Positions 1-8,993 of a stretch of DNA of 64,000 nucleotides are shown in pieces (the stretch's first letter is position 1; every line of letters begins with the position of its first letter). Where the stretch lies: contig JAVJQW010000018.1 of assembly GCA_040218735.1 (NCBI GenBank), positions 96,001 through 160,000 on the forward strand, in the 5' to 3' direction. A program made the translations under genes and the position numbers. Under the pieces are notes generated by a model, which was not told where the DNA came from, did no database searches, and saw only the letters and a program-made list of their open reading frames with translations. Source of the stretch: Deltaproteobacteria bacterium (GTDB lineage Bacteria > Myxococcota > Kuafuiibacteriia > Kuafuiibacteriales > Kuafuiibacteriaceae).

Positions 1-1
1 G

Positions 2-85
2 GCATCGAGAAAATTCCTGATGCGGATGCTCCCGAAGCGGGACGCGGTGCTGATGATGCGGACCGACTACTTCGCGGGGAGCTGA
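2..85 (+). CDS. possible 3' end of a gene entering the window
   Basis: Open frame ASRKFLMRMLPKRDAVLMMRTDYFAGS* with high-GC3 codons, stop at 83-85. Too short to identify. Confidence 0.3.
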   Translation, partial: ASRKFLMRMLPKRDAVLMMRTDYFAGS

Positions 86-136
86 GGGAACTTTCGACAC
101 CGTCCGCGAGGATCTGTTAGCGTCCGAAGACCAGCT

Positions 137-667
137 TTGAGGGGGATGGCGATCATCGGCGTCGCGGCGCTCGCTGCGGCCTGTGCGACAGAGGCGCCTG
201 AGGTGCAGGTCGAAGTCGATCGCCTCGACCGCGCCGCTGCGCAGGGCATCGCGGCCGTTCGACGCGCCGTGAAGGACCCGTCGCTGGAGTTCAACGAGCT
301 GGGCGTCGGCGTCGAGACCGTCGAGCTCGCCGCGCGTGGCCTGCGATCCCTCGCGGACGACGCCCGCATCCCGTCGGCGGTGCGGGTGTCGGCGATGCTC
401 GCGGAGGCACGTGCGTACGACGACCTCACGATCACCTTCGAGGCCACGAGCCAGGGGCAGCACTTCGTCGAGGATCAGGAGGTCCTGAACCAGATCTTCG
501 CGGACAAGGCGCTCCCGATGCGCACCTCGGCCCGTGACGCCTACGTCCGCGCGCGCGCGCTGGCGTGCCGCACGGACCTCGCCGAGCCGGCGATGATGCT
601 GGAGATCCTCGACGGCATCTCCCGGTACGTCGGGGAAGACGCCGCGACCGGGCCCTGCGCGCCCTGA
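137..667 (+). CDS. hypothetical lipoprotein
   Basis: Hydrophobic N-terminus with lipobox-like LAAAC. High-GC3 frame. True start may be ATG 146. Confidence 0.65.
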   Translation: MRGMAIIGVAALAAACATEAPEVQVEVDRLDRAAAQGIAAVRRAVKDPSLEFNELGVGVETVELAARGLRSLADDARIPSAVRVSAMLAEARAYDDLTITFEATSQGQHFVEDQEVLNQIFADKALPMRTSARDAYVRARALACRTDLAEPAMMLEILDGISRYVGEDAATGPCAP

Positions 668-712
668 TTCGACCGCGTCGCGGGGCCCAAAGTTGGGTAG
701 GCTCGCGCTCCC

Positions 713-2386
713 ATGACGGATCTGTTCGAGCGCGTGGCGGCCTACGTCGCGCGTGATGTCGATGAACACGACGCCGAGGCGCTGACGGCGCTCCTCACGC
801 TCGCACGCGACGGCGACGAGGGTGCGCGCGCGGACCTCGAAGATCGCTTCGCCGGGCCGCTCGCCTTCGGGACGGCGGGGCTGCGCGGGTTGTACGGAGC
901 GGGTGAGACGCGGATGAACCGCGCTACGGTGATCCGCGCGACCTACGGGCTCGTCACGCACGTGCTCGAAGCCGTCGAGGGCGCCGCGGAGCGCGGCATC
1001 GTGATCGGCCGCGACGGGCGCCACGGATCCGAGATCATGGCGCGCGACGCCGCGGCGGTCTGCGCCGCGCGCGGCGTGAAGGTCTGGTGGCTCGAAGGCA
1101 CGACGCCCACCCCGGTGGTTGCGTTCGGGGTGAAGGCGAAGGGCGCGGCGGCGGGCATCGTGGTGACCGCGAGCCACAACCCGCCCGAGTACAACGGGTA
1201 CAAGGTCTACTTCGACAACGGCGCGCAGATCATCCCGCCTACGGACGCCGCGATCGCCGCGGCGATCGAAGCTGCGCCGGCGTCCAACGCGATCGAGCTC
1301 GCGCCCCGCAGCGAGCACATCGTCCCCGCGGACGACCTGCGTGACGAGTACCTCGAAGCGCTCGACACGCTTCGGTTCGTCGACACCGACGTCGGTGCGC
1401 TCTCGGTCGCGTACTCCGCGATGCACGGCGTCGGGCAGGCGCTCTTGCTCGAGGCGTTCGAACGACGCGGCTTCGGCGAGGTTGCGGCGGTGCCCGAGCA
1501 GGCCGAACCGAACGGCGACTTCCCCACGGTGCGCTTCCCGAACCCCGAGGAGCCCGGTGCGCTCGACCTGGTGCTCGCGCTCGCGAAGAAGGAGCGCTCC
1601 GACGTCGTGCTCGTCAACGACCCCGACGCCGATCGGCTCGGGACCGCAGTGCGCGTCGGTGACGACTACCGCGTGCTCAGCGGAAACGAGATCGGCGCGC
1701 TGCTCGCGCACCACGTGTTGACGCACGGGTCCGGCGAGGAGCGGCTGTTCGTGACCACGGTGGTTTCGTCGCAGCGGCTGCGCGCGATGGCGAACGCCGC
1801 AAACGTCGCGTACGCGGAGACGCTCACCGGGTTCAAGTGGATCACGAACCGGGCGATGGACCTCGAGGCCGAGCGCGGCCTCCGCTTCGCGTTCGGCTAC
1901 GAAGAGGCGCTCGGCTACACCGTCGGCACCGTGGTCCGCGACAAGGACGGCATCGGTGCCGCGTTGGTGATGGCGGAGCTCGCCGCGTTCGAGAAAGCGA
2001 AGGGCCGCACGCTCGCCGACACCCTCGCGGATCTCGACGCTGCGCACGGCGCCTACGTCGGGCGGCAGAAGAGCATCACACTCCCCGGTCGCGACGGCGC
2101 CGCGCGCATCGCCGCCGCGATGACCGCGTTGCGCGCGATGACCGTCGATCAGATCGGCGAGGAACAGGTCGAGGCCACCATCGACTACCTGGAGGCCGAC
2201 GGGCCGAAGTCCAACGTCCTCCTCTACGATCTCGCGGGCGGCGGCCGTGTCGCGGTGCGCCCGAGCGGCACCGAGCCGAAGCTGAAGCTGTACCTGGAGA
2301 TCGTCGAAGCCGACGCGGCGCGCGCGACGGCGCGGCTCGACGCGATCCTCGCCGACCTCCTCACCCGGACGAAGCTGAACGACTGA
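713..2386 (+). CDS. phosphomannomutase/phosphoglucomutase (alpha-D-phosphohexomutase)
   Basis: Motifs FGTAGLRG, TASHNP, DPDADR, GYEE, RPSGTEPK. Confidence 0.95.
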   Translation: MTDLFERVAAYVARDVDEHDAEALTALLTLARDGDEGARADLEDRFAGPLAFGTAGLRGLYGAGETRMNRATVIRATYGLVTHVLEAVEGAAERGIVIGRDGRHGSEIMARDAAAVCAARGVKVWWLEGTTPTPVVAFGVKAKGAAAGIVVTASHNPPEYNGYKVYFDNGAQIIPPTDAAIAAAIEAAPASNAIELAPRSEHIVPADDLRDEYLEALDTLRFVDTDVGALSVAYSAMHGVGQALLLEAFERRGFGEVAAVPEQAEPNGDFPTVRFPNPEEPGALDLVLALAKKERSDVVLVNDPDADRLGTAVRVGDDYRVLSGNEIGALLAHHVLTHGSGEERLFVTTVVSSQRLRAMANAANVAYAETLTGFKWITNRAMDLEAERGLRFAFGYEEALGYTVGTVVRDKDGIGAALVMAELAAFEKAKGRTLADTLADLDAAHGAYVGRQKSITLPGRDGAARIAAAMTALRAMTVDQIGEEQVEATIDYLEADGPKSNVLLYDLAGGGRVAVRPSGTEPKLKLYLEIVEADAARATARLDAILADLLTRTKLND

Positions 2387-2388
2387 CA

Positions 2389-3102
2389 TCAGCAGTCCTC
2401 CACGCAGACGTCGCCGCGGTCGCGGCGCAGCCAGCGCACGAGGACGTCGGCGCGCTGCGCGACCTCCAGCCCTCGACACCCGAGCCCATACGATCGCGAG
2501 GTCACGCCGACGACGCGGCCTTCGACGAGCACCGGTCCGCCGGAGTCTCCGTAACACGCGCCCCCGTCGTCGCCGTCGTAGGTGAGCTCGCGCGCGGTGA
2601 CCTCGCCGAGTCGAACGTCGACGCGGCGCCGGGTGCCGAAGCCTTCGCCGGTCCACCCCGACGTCACGCCGAAGCCCACGACGGTGGCGCGATCGCCGAC
2701 CTCGGGCTCGGCGCCGCGCACTGGGATGGGCGCGACGTCGGGTGTGGACGCGAGGCGGAGGAACGCGGCGTCCTCCCAGTCCGCGTAGGCCTCGGGGTCG
2801 TAGCCGGGCGCGACCGAGGAGCGGGCGACGTCGAACACCGCGTCGTCCGTCGCGAACACGAGGGTGCGCGCGGTGAGCCGCCGGTCCTCGTCGAAGAGGC
2901 AGTGCGCCGCGGTGAGGACGGTGGTTGGTCCGACGAGGGTGCCCGAACAGAAGAAGGCCCAGCCGGTGTCGGTGGTCACGCCGACGAGCCCGACGGCGTG
3001 GTGGGTTCGGTCGTTGCGGCCGCCGACGATGGCGTCGGTCTGCACGCCGAGGTCGGCGCCGCCGCAGGCGGACAGCATGAGGAGGGATGTGAATCGGTGC
3101 AT
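2389..3102 (-). CDS. trypsin-like (S1) serine protease, lipoprotein
   Basis: IVGG mature N-terminus, LTAAHC, GDSGGP, lipobox LSAC. Start moved to ATG 3102. Confidence 0.9.
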   Translation of the reverse strand: MHRFTSLLMLSACGGADLGVQTDAIVGGRNDRTHHAVGLVGVTTDTGWAFFCSGTLVGPTTVLTAAHCLFDEDRRLTARTLVFATDDAVFDVARSSVAPGYDPEAYADWEDAAFLRLASTPDVAPIPVRGAEPEVGDRATVVGFGVTSGWTGEGFGTRRRVDVRLGEVTARELTYDGDDGGACYGDSGGPVLVEGRVVGVTSRSYGLGCRGLEVAQRADVLVRWLRRDRGDVCVEDC

Positions 3103-3115
3103 CGCGCCGTCGAAG

Positions 3116-3131
3116 AGCAACCGGCGGGCCA
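3116..3131 (-). promoter_or_regulatory. sigma54-like -24/-12 promoter for the protease gene
   Basis: Minus strand TGGCCCGCCGGTTGCT: GG-N10-GC, close to consensus TGGCACG-N4-TTGCW. Confidence 0.6.
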
Positions 3132-3163
3132 GCGCGCGGCGCGTGTGATGCGGGGCATTCGTT

Positions 3164-3194
3164 CGATTATCGGATCCGGCGTCCGATTATCGGA
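3164..3194. promoter_or_regulatory. tandem near-palindromic sites, candidate enhancer-binding-protein sites
   Basis: CGATTATCGGA at 3164 and 3184 (20-bp period). The second copy lies in the dyad TCCGAT-T-ATCGGA. Confidence 0.45.
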
Positions 3195-3327
3195 CGTTGC
3201 GTTCGGACGAATCGGGGCCCGGATCTGCCCATGGTTGGTGTTCACCTGGGGCCGAACCGGTGTTGCTGCACCCGATTCGTGGCGTTGCTGTGCACCTGGA
3301 TCGTGGGCCTAGGGGCGATCGAACGGT

Positions 3328-3343
3328 TGGCCCGGCCGTTGCT
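3328..3343 (+). promoter_or_regulatory. sigma54-like -24/-12 promoter
   Basis: TGGCCCGGCCGTTGCT (GG-N10-GC), about 46 nt before ATG 3390, which has an AGGAGG SD. Confidence 0.7.
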
Positions 3344-3389
3344 CTAGGGAGGAAGCGCAACCGCACTTACTTCCCAGGAGGACCCATCA

Positions 3390-4607
3390 ATGTACGGCAT
3401 CAAGAACCAACCCCCCATCAAGTCGCTGCTCTTCAACCTCGCGCAGCAGGGACAGATCAGCCCGCAAGCGCTGGGGATGGTCCTCCAGTTCATGCAGGCG
3501 CGCGCGCAGCATCGACAGATGCGCGGCGGCGGGCAGCCGGGGCAGCAGTTCGGCGCGGCGCCGCGCATGTCGCCGCAGCAGCGTCAGGCCGTGCAGCAGC
3601 TCCGCCAGCTCATGGGCAACAACTTCAACCCCTTCGTGCGCAACCTGATGCGCGGCGGACCCGGCGGCATCAACAAGCTCATGAAGCAGATCCCCGGCTG
3701 TGGCTGTGGCCCCAAGAAGGCCGCGCCCGCGATGCCGAAGGCGTGCGCGCCCCGCCCGAAGGTCTGCGCCCCGCGCCCGAAGATCTGCGGCCCCAAGGCG
3801 CAGCCCCAGCAGCCCGTCGCGCAGCAGCCGAAGGTCTGCGCGCCGCGCCCGAAGGTCTGCGGCCCCACGGCGCAGCCTCAGCAGCCCGTCGAGCTCAAGG
3901 GCAAGGAGAAGGGCGGCTGGCTCGCGGCCCACAAACACAAGAAGAAGGACGGTGACGGCTGGAAGATCACCGGCGGCGAGTACAAGGGCTGCACCGTGAA
4001 GGCGACGAAGACGAAGGGTGTGTTCGACGTCTTCGACGCGAACGGTGCGAAGAAGGGCATCTACAAGGCGCCCAAGGGGAAGAACAAGATCGCTTCGCCG
4101 CTCACCTTCGACCTCAACGGCGACGGCAAGGTCAGCACGACCGACGCGAAGAACGGCAAAAAGTTCGACATCGACGGCGACGGCAAGGCGGACCAGACGT
4201 CGTGGGCCGGCAAGGGCGACGGCGTCCTCGCGTTCGGCAAGGGCAACAGCGGCAAGGAGCTGCTCGGCAACAACACGGACCTCGGCGACGGCAAGAAGTA
4301 CAAGAACGGCTTCGACGCGCTGAAGGGCCTCGCCGAGAAGCACCTGGGCGCCGACGCGACGAAGGACGGCGTGCTCGACAAGTGGGAGCTGTCGCAGCTC
4401 GAGAAGGCGGCGAACCTCCACATGAAGGTCGACGGGCAGAACAAGAGCCTCGCCGACGCTGGCATCGCGGGCATCAACCTCGGCTACACCGAGAACGGCG
4501 CCAACGCGGACGAGAACGGCAACGAGCACCGGCAGGTCGGTGCGGGCTTCATCCGCGACAACGGCGACGTCGGCAAGGTGAACGACGTCTGGTTCCAGTA
4601 CCTGTAA
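3390..4607 (+). CDS. Gln/Lys/Pro/Cys-rich protein with C-terminal Ca-binding FrpC-SPM-like domain
   Basis: Strong SD. PKxCAPR/PKxCGP repeats. C-terminal SPLTFDLNGDG...FDIDGDG...W...DGVL...ELLG...GFDAL...DVWF. Confidence 0.8.
   Translation: MYGIKNQPPIKSLLFNLAQQGQISPQALGMVLQFMQARAQHRQMRGGGQPGQQFGAAPRMSPQQRQAVQQLRQLMGNNFNPFVRNLMRGGPGGINKLMKQIPGCGCGPKKAAPAMPKACAPRPKVCAPRPKICGPKAQPQQPVAQQPKVCAPRPKVCGPTAQPQQPVELKGKEKGGWLAAHKHKKKDGDGWKITGGEYKGCTVKATKTKGVFDVFDANGAKKGIYKAPKGKNKIASPLTFDLNGDGKVSTTDAKNGKKFDIDGDGKADQTSWAGKGDGVLAFGKGNSGKELLGNNTDLGDGKKYKNGFDALKGLAEKHLGADATKDGVLDKWELSQLEKAANLHMKVDGQNKSLADAGIAGINLGYTENGANADENGNEHRQVGAGFIRDNGDVGKVNDVWFQYL
3735..3890 (+). repeat. coding tandem repeats (PKxCAPR/PKxCGP units; duplicated block ending AQPQQPV)
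   Basis: ccgaaggtctgcgc-like 21-nt units repeated, and a longer block duplicated. Confidence 0.8.
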
Positions 4608-4632
4608 GGCGGTGGTTTCGGGAGTCGGTGCG

Positions 4633-6720
4633 CTACTCGTAGTGCACCGACTCCGCGGACGAAGTCTGCGTCGAGACAAAGGCCGGGTACACCGCGGACA
4701 CCAACGAGATCGCGATGGCCCCGAGCACCGTGTAGACCGCGTAGGGCGCGGGGAGCACGAAGTGGACGGCGAACGCCGAGACTACCTCCAACGCGCCGAT
4801 CGCCGAGAAGCCGAGCGGGACGCCGAGCACCACGGCCATGATGCCGCCGAGCAACCCGATCAGCGCCCCCTCCAACACGTACAGCCAGGCGACCTGACGG
4901 CGCCGCATCCCGAGGACGCGGTACAGCGCGACTTCGCGCCGACGCACGTGCGCGGCGAGGACGAGGTTGTTCGCGATGCCGACGGCCGCGAGGATCGCGG
5001 TGAGGAGGAGGATGACGTCGAAGATGAGGAAGTCGTCGTCGGTCTCCTTCTGGCGAGCGATCTCCTTGAGCGTGCCAATCTCGATGACCTGCGTGCTCGG
5101 CTCGAAGTTCTCTTCGCCGAGGTAGTCGACCCACGGGCCCCACGGTTCGTCGAGCCCGCCTCGAAACTTCGGATCGCGGAGCGCGTAGGCTGCGCCCATC
5201 GGACGTGCGAACGGCTTGATGAGATCGAAGTCCCCCTCCGCGATGATCCCGTACGTCCTGCTCTCGCGGTAGGAGCCGACCATCGGGACGTAACCGGCGT
5301 CCGTGATGCCGACGACCTCCAGCTCCGCGTTGCGCGCGGGGCTCTTCACGCCGAGTCTGTCGCCGATGCCGAGGCCGTACCGGCGCGCCATCATGTGCGA
5401 GAGGATCACCTTGCCCTTCGCGAGCGCCTTCAGCGGCGCGGCGTAGTCGGTGCCCATGTCCTCGGCGAAGCGCTTCAGCTGCGCGGTGTTCGCCGCCATC
5501 AGCTGCGCGGGGACCGGCGTGCGGCCGGAGTATTCGACCTTGATGACGTGCTCGGGGAGCTGCTCGATGATCTCCTTGTGCACGATCCGCTGGCGGTCGA
5601 ACACAAACACGTAGGCGTTGTCGCGGATCGTGCGACCGGCCCACGACGACACCTCGTCCTTCAGCGAGCGCGTCACGATGTGCAGCGAGAGCAGCAGCGC
5701 GAAGACGAGCATCACGCCGCTCACCGCCCACGCGAGCTCGTGCCCCGACCGCTCGATGCGCCGCAGCGTGAGGAGGCGCGGCGCGCTCTTCGTCGCGGGG
5801 AGCAGCGCGCCGACGAGACGCCCGAGCAGCCCCACGACCTGAGGCACGAGCACGAGCATCGACAGGAACCCAGCGCACACGAGCCCCGCCTCCAGCACGA
5901 AGAACATCAGCGACGGCAGCACCTCCACGAAGAACGGGCGGATGAGGATGTAGAGGAGCACCATGAAGGGCAGGGCGATCAGTGCGATGCCCGCGTCCTT
6001 CGTCGCCGGTCCGCCGCCCTCCACGAACCGCGGCCGGAGCGTGGCGCCGACGTCCAGGCGGAGGACGTCGTACAGCGGCTTCAGGATCCCGAGCAGCGCG
6101 GTGAGCGCGCCGACCGACGACACGATGAACACGAGCCGCCACGGGATCCACAGCCAGTTGAGCTGTGCGCGCCCGGTCGTGGTGATGCCCGCGCGGGCCG
6201 CGATGATCGCGAGCGGTGCCGTCGCGAGCGCGCCGATCGTCGCGCCGACGACGCCGACGATCAGCGCCTCCGTGAAGAAGATCGCCGCCACCTGTTTGGG
6301 GGTGGTGCCCAGACTCCTCAACAGCGCGATCTCGCGTTTGCGCTGCGCGACGATGACGCGGAACGTAAAGAAGACGATCAGGGCGCCCACGAGAAACGCC
6401 GAAAGCGACCCCAGCCGGGTCGCCGAGCGCATGACCTGGTAATCCTCGTGGGTCTCCTCGCGGGTGTCCTGGACGACGGTCGGCGCGCCGTCCTCGCGGA
6501 CCGGGTAGAGCGCGAGGGTGCGGGAGAGGTCGGGCTCCAGATCCGGGTTGGTCGTCCAGTCGTAGGATTCGACCTTGCGGGTGTTCACGTCGATGGTCAG
6601 GACGACGTTCACGGTGACCGCACCGAGGGCGACCCCGATGATCGCGGAGACGGTCGCGAACCAATCCGACCGGAGGTTCCTCAGGGCCAGCGTCAAGACC
6701 AGGCGAAGGGACCGGAACAC
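4633..6720 (-). CDS. FtsX/MacB-like ABC transporter permease
   Basis: Two FtsX-type motifs (QRKREIALLRSLG, RRREVALYRVLG) and many TM segments. Confidence 0.9.
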   Translation of the reverse strand: MFRSLRLVLTLALRNLRSDWFATVSAIIGVALGAVTVNVVLTIDVNTRKVESYDWTTNPDLEPDLSRTLALYPVREDGAPTVVQDTREETHEDYQVMRSATRLGSLSAFLVGALIVFFTFRVIVAQRKREIALLRSLGTTPKQVAAIFFTEALIVGVVGATIGALATAPLAIIAARAGITTTGRAQLNWLWIPWRLVFIVSSVGALTALLGILKPLYDVLRLDVGATLRPRFVEGGGPATKDAGIALIALPFMVLLYILIRPFFVEVLPSLMFFVLEAGLVCAGFLSMLVLVPQVVGLLGRLVGALLPATKSAPRLLTLRRIERSGHELAWAVSGVMLVFALLLSLHIVTRSLKDEVSSWAGRTIRDNAYVFVFDRQRIVHKEIIEQLPEHVIKVEYSGRTPVPAQLMAANTAQLKRFAEDMGTDYAAPLKALAKGKVILSHMMARRYGLGIGDRLGVKSPARNAELEVVGITDAGYVPMVGSYRESRTYGIIAEGDFDLIKPFARPMGAAYALRDPKFRGGLDEPWGPWVDYLGEENFEPSTQVIEIGTLKEIARQKETDDDFLIFDVILLLTAILAAVGIANNLVLAAHVRRREVALYRVLGMRRRQVAWLYVLEGALIGLLGGIMAVVLGVPLGFSAIGALEVVSAFAVHFVLPAPYAVYTVLGAIAISLVSAVYPAFVSTQTSSAESVHYE

Positions 6721-6783
6721 CGCGGGTCGCCTAACACGACTCGTCGTCGGTGGTCATTGCCCGGGCTCGTCCGGGCCACTACG

Positions 6784-8796
6784 ATGCCGTCCGTGACACG
6801 CTTTTGCGCTTGGCTCCTCCTCGCTGGTTCGCTCGCCGCGTGCTCGGGCGGTAGTGATGACGACGGAACGACGACGCCCGACGCGCTCGAGCTCGTCACG
6901 ACGGCCATCGCGTCCGGAGAGTTCGGCAAGGCGTACGACGAGAAGATCGCCGCGCGCGGGGGTGTTCCGCCGTATACGTTCCGGCACGTCGAAGGGGATC
7001 TGCCCGGCGGGTTGATGCTGAAGGCGGAGACCGGGCAGCTGTCCGGCGTCTTCACCGAGGCGGGGACGTTCACGTTCACGATCGAGGTCTCGGATACGGC
7101 GGACACGAAGGCCTCGCGGGAGTTGTCGATCGCGGTCACCGCCGAGCCCCTGCTCATCTCCACGGCCACCCTCCCGGACGGTGACACCGCGACCGCGTAT
7201 TCGGCTCGCCTCGAGGCGACGGGCGGCGTCACGCCGCTGACGTGGGCGACGACCGCTGGCGCGCTCCCGCAGGGGCTCACGCTGGACGGCGAAGGTCTCG
7301 TGAGCGGCATGCCCACGGAGGCGGGGACGTTCACCGTGACGATCGAGGTGACGGACGCGGACGGCACGACGGACGACCGCGAGCTCACGTTCGAGATCGA
7401 AGACGCGAGCCCGATGATCACCTCGATGCTGCTCCCGCCCGCGCGCGCCGGGGGCCCCTACAACGCGCAGATCGAAGTGACGGGCGGGACGTCGCCGTAC
7501 ACGTTCACGCTCGTCGCGGGGACGCTCCCGAACGGACTGTCGATGGACGGCGCCGGAGCGATCACCGGCCTCCCCGACGACGACGGCAGCTTCACGTTCA
7601 CCGTCGAGGTCACGGACGCCAACGACCTCACCGACTCGCTGCAGCTCATGATCCTTGCGGTGCAAGAGTTCACGATCACCACGAGCGCGCTCCCGCTCGG
7701 TTTGCTGGGCGACGCGTACGACGCCGACCTCGAGGCGACCGGCGGTGTCCCGCCGTACCGCTGGGTCCTCGTCAACGACACGCCGCTCCCGGCGGGCCTG
7801 ACGCTGAGCGACGCGGGCAAGATCTCCGGGACGCCCACCGAGGGCGGCGACTTCTTCATCCGCGTCCGTGCGATCGACGAAGGGGGCACCGGCATCCGCA
7901 GCTCGCGCGCGTACACGCTGCGCGTCCGCGACCTCCGTCAGTACAGCGCGGCGACATCGGGGGTGACGTTCCCGCCGCTCTGCACGACGTCGACCCACGT
8001 GTCCTATCAGACCGTCGAGGTCGAGGTTCCGGATTCGTTTGCGATCGCCGACGTCAACGTCACGCTCGACATCGCCTTCACGGACACGAAGGCCGGTGGC
8101 GCGAGGTTGAACGAGAAGCTCCGCGTGTTCCTCGTCTCGCCGTCGGGCCGGCAGCTCGTGGTGTGCGGCAACGGCGCGGCCATCCCGGGCGGCGTCGACT
8201 GCCCGAACGACCCGACGACGAGCGGCCCGGGGCTGGCCTCGACGTTCGGCACTCTCGGCGCGACGCCTCCGTCGCAGCCGGTCGACGTGCTCGTGGGGAC
8301 CAACGCGCAGGGCACGTGGCGCCTCCGCGTCGGCGTCGTCGAGCCCTCGACGACGGGCGGCAACTGCGACCAGGCGGGGATGATCGACGACGTCACTTTG
8401 ACGCTCGCGGCGGACAACTCGCCGGACCCGTACATCCGCGTCACGGGCTTCACGACGAACAACCTGCTCGCCTATCCGTGGGTGCGGATCAGCGGCGGCG
8501 GCATCGCGGCGCAGCAGCAGCTGTTCCTCGCCGCGACGCTGTGGGACGTCGGCGCGAACGGACGCCGCGAAGCCGGCGGCGGCGACGACGTGCCCGACCC
8601 TCGCGCCTTCACCTGGACGGGCGCCGGCCTCCCGACGGGCACCGCGATCACCCCGGACGGCCACGTGACGACCGGCGGCATCACCAGCCGCGGCATGATG
8701 CCGACGGTCACCGCCTCCGACGGCATGGGGAACGACATCACGCTCCCCATCGCCATCACCCCGCCCGACTGGAACCCCGACGTCCGAGAGTTCTAG
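6784..8796 (+). CDS. lipoprotein with putative Ig (He_PIG) repeats and proprotein-convertase P-like domain
   Basis: Lipobox LAAC after ATG 6784. Four GGxPPY...LPxGL...G.P repeats. VNVTLDI...LVSPSG...AQGTWRL P-domain pattern. Confidence 0.8.
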   Translation: MPSVTRFCAWLLLAGSLAACSGGSDDDGTTTPDALELVTTAIASGEFGKAYDEKIAARGGVPPYTFRHVEGDLPGGLMLKAETGQLSGVFTEAGTFTFTIEVSDTADTKASRELSIAVTAEPLLISTATLPDGDTATAYSARLEATGGVTPLTWATTAGALPQGLTLDGEGLVSGMPTEAGTFTVTIEVTDADGTTDDRELTFEIEDASPMITSMLLPPARAGGPYNAQIEVTGGTSPYTFTLVAGTLPNGLSMDGAGAITGLPDDDGSFTFTVEVTDANDLTDSLQLMILAVQEFTITTSALPLGLLGDAYDADLEATGGVPPYRWVLVNDTPLPAGLTLSDAGKISGTPTEGGDFFIRVRAIDEGGTGIRSSRAYTLRVRDLRQYSAATSGVTFPPLCTTSTHVSYQTVEVEVPDSFAIADVNVTLDIAFTDTKAGGARLNEKLRVFLVSPSGRQLVVCGNGAAIPGGVDCPNDPTTSGPGLASTFGTLGATPPSQPVDVLVGTNAQGTWRLRVGVVEPSTTGGNCDQAGMIDDVTLTLAADNSPDPYIRVTGFTTNNLLAYPWVRISGGGIAAQQQLFLAATLWDVGANGRREAGGGDDVPDPRAFTWTGAGLPTGTAITPDGHVTTGGITSRGMMPTVTASDGMGNDITLPIAITPPDWNPDVREF

Positions 8797-8993
8797 GCCG
8801 CGTAAGCGGCCTGTCCGAGGACTGTGCCCAGCGGGTCCGCGAAGCGAAAGCTGCGTGAAGGGCCTGAGCGGTGTCTCGCCCTCGACCGTCGGTGGGGCGT
8901 GTCGCCCACACTGAACCGAGGGTTCGGTGACACGGTCGGCGTGGATCCGCCTGTGGGCATATGTGGCATGTGCAGTGCTACTCCACGCGCCCA

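Noticed and set aside
4612-6783. N-terminal 724 aa of the 1394-aa ORF
   Set aside because: Antisense shadow of the permease gene. The real protein starts at ATG 6784 with a lipoprotein signal.
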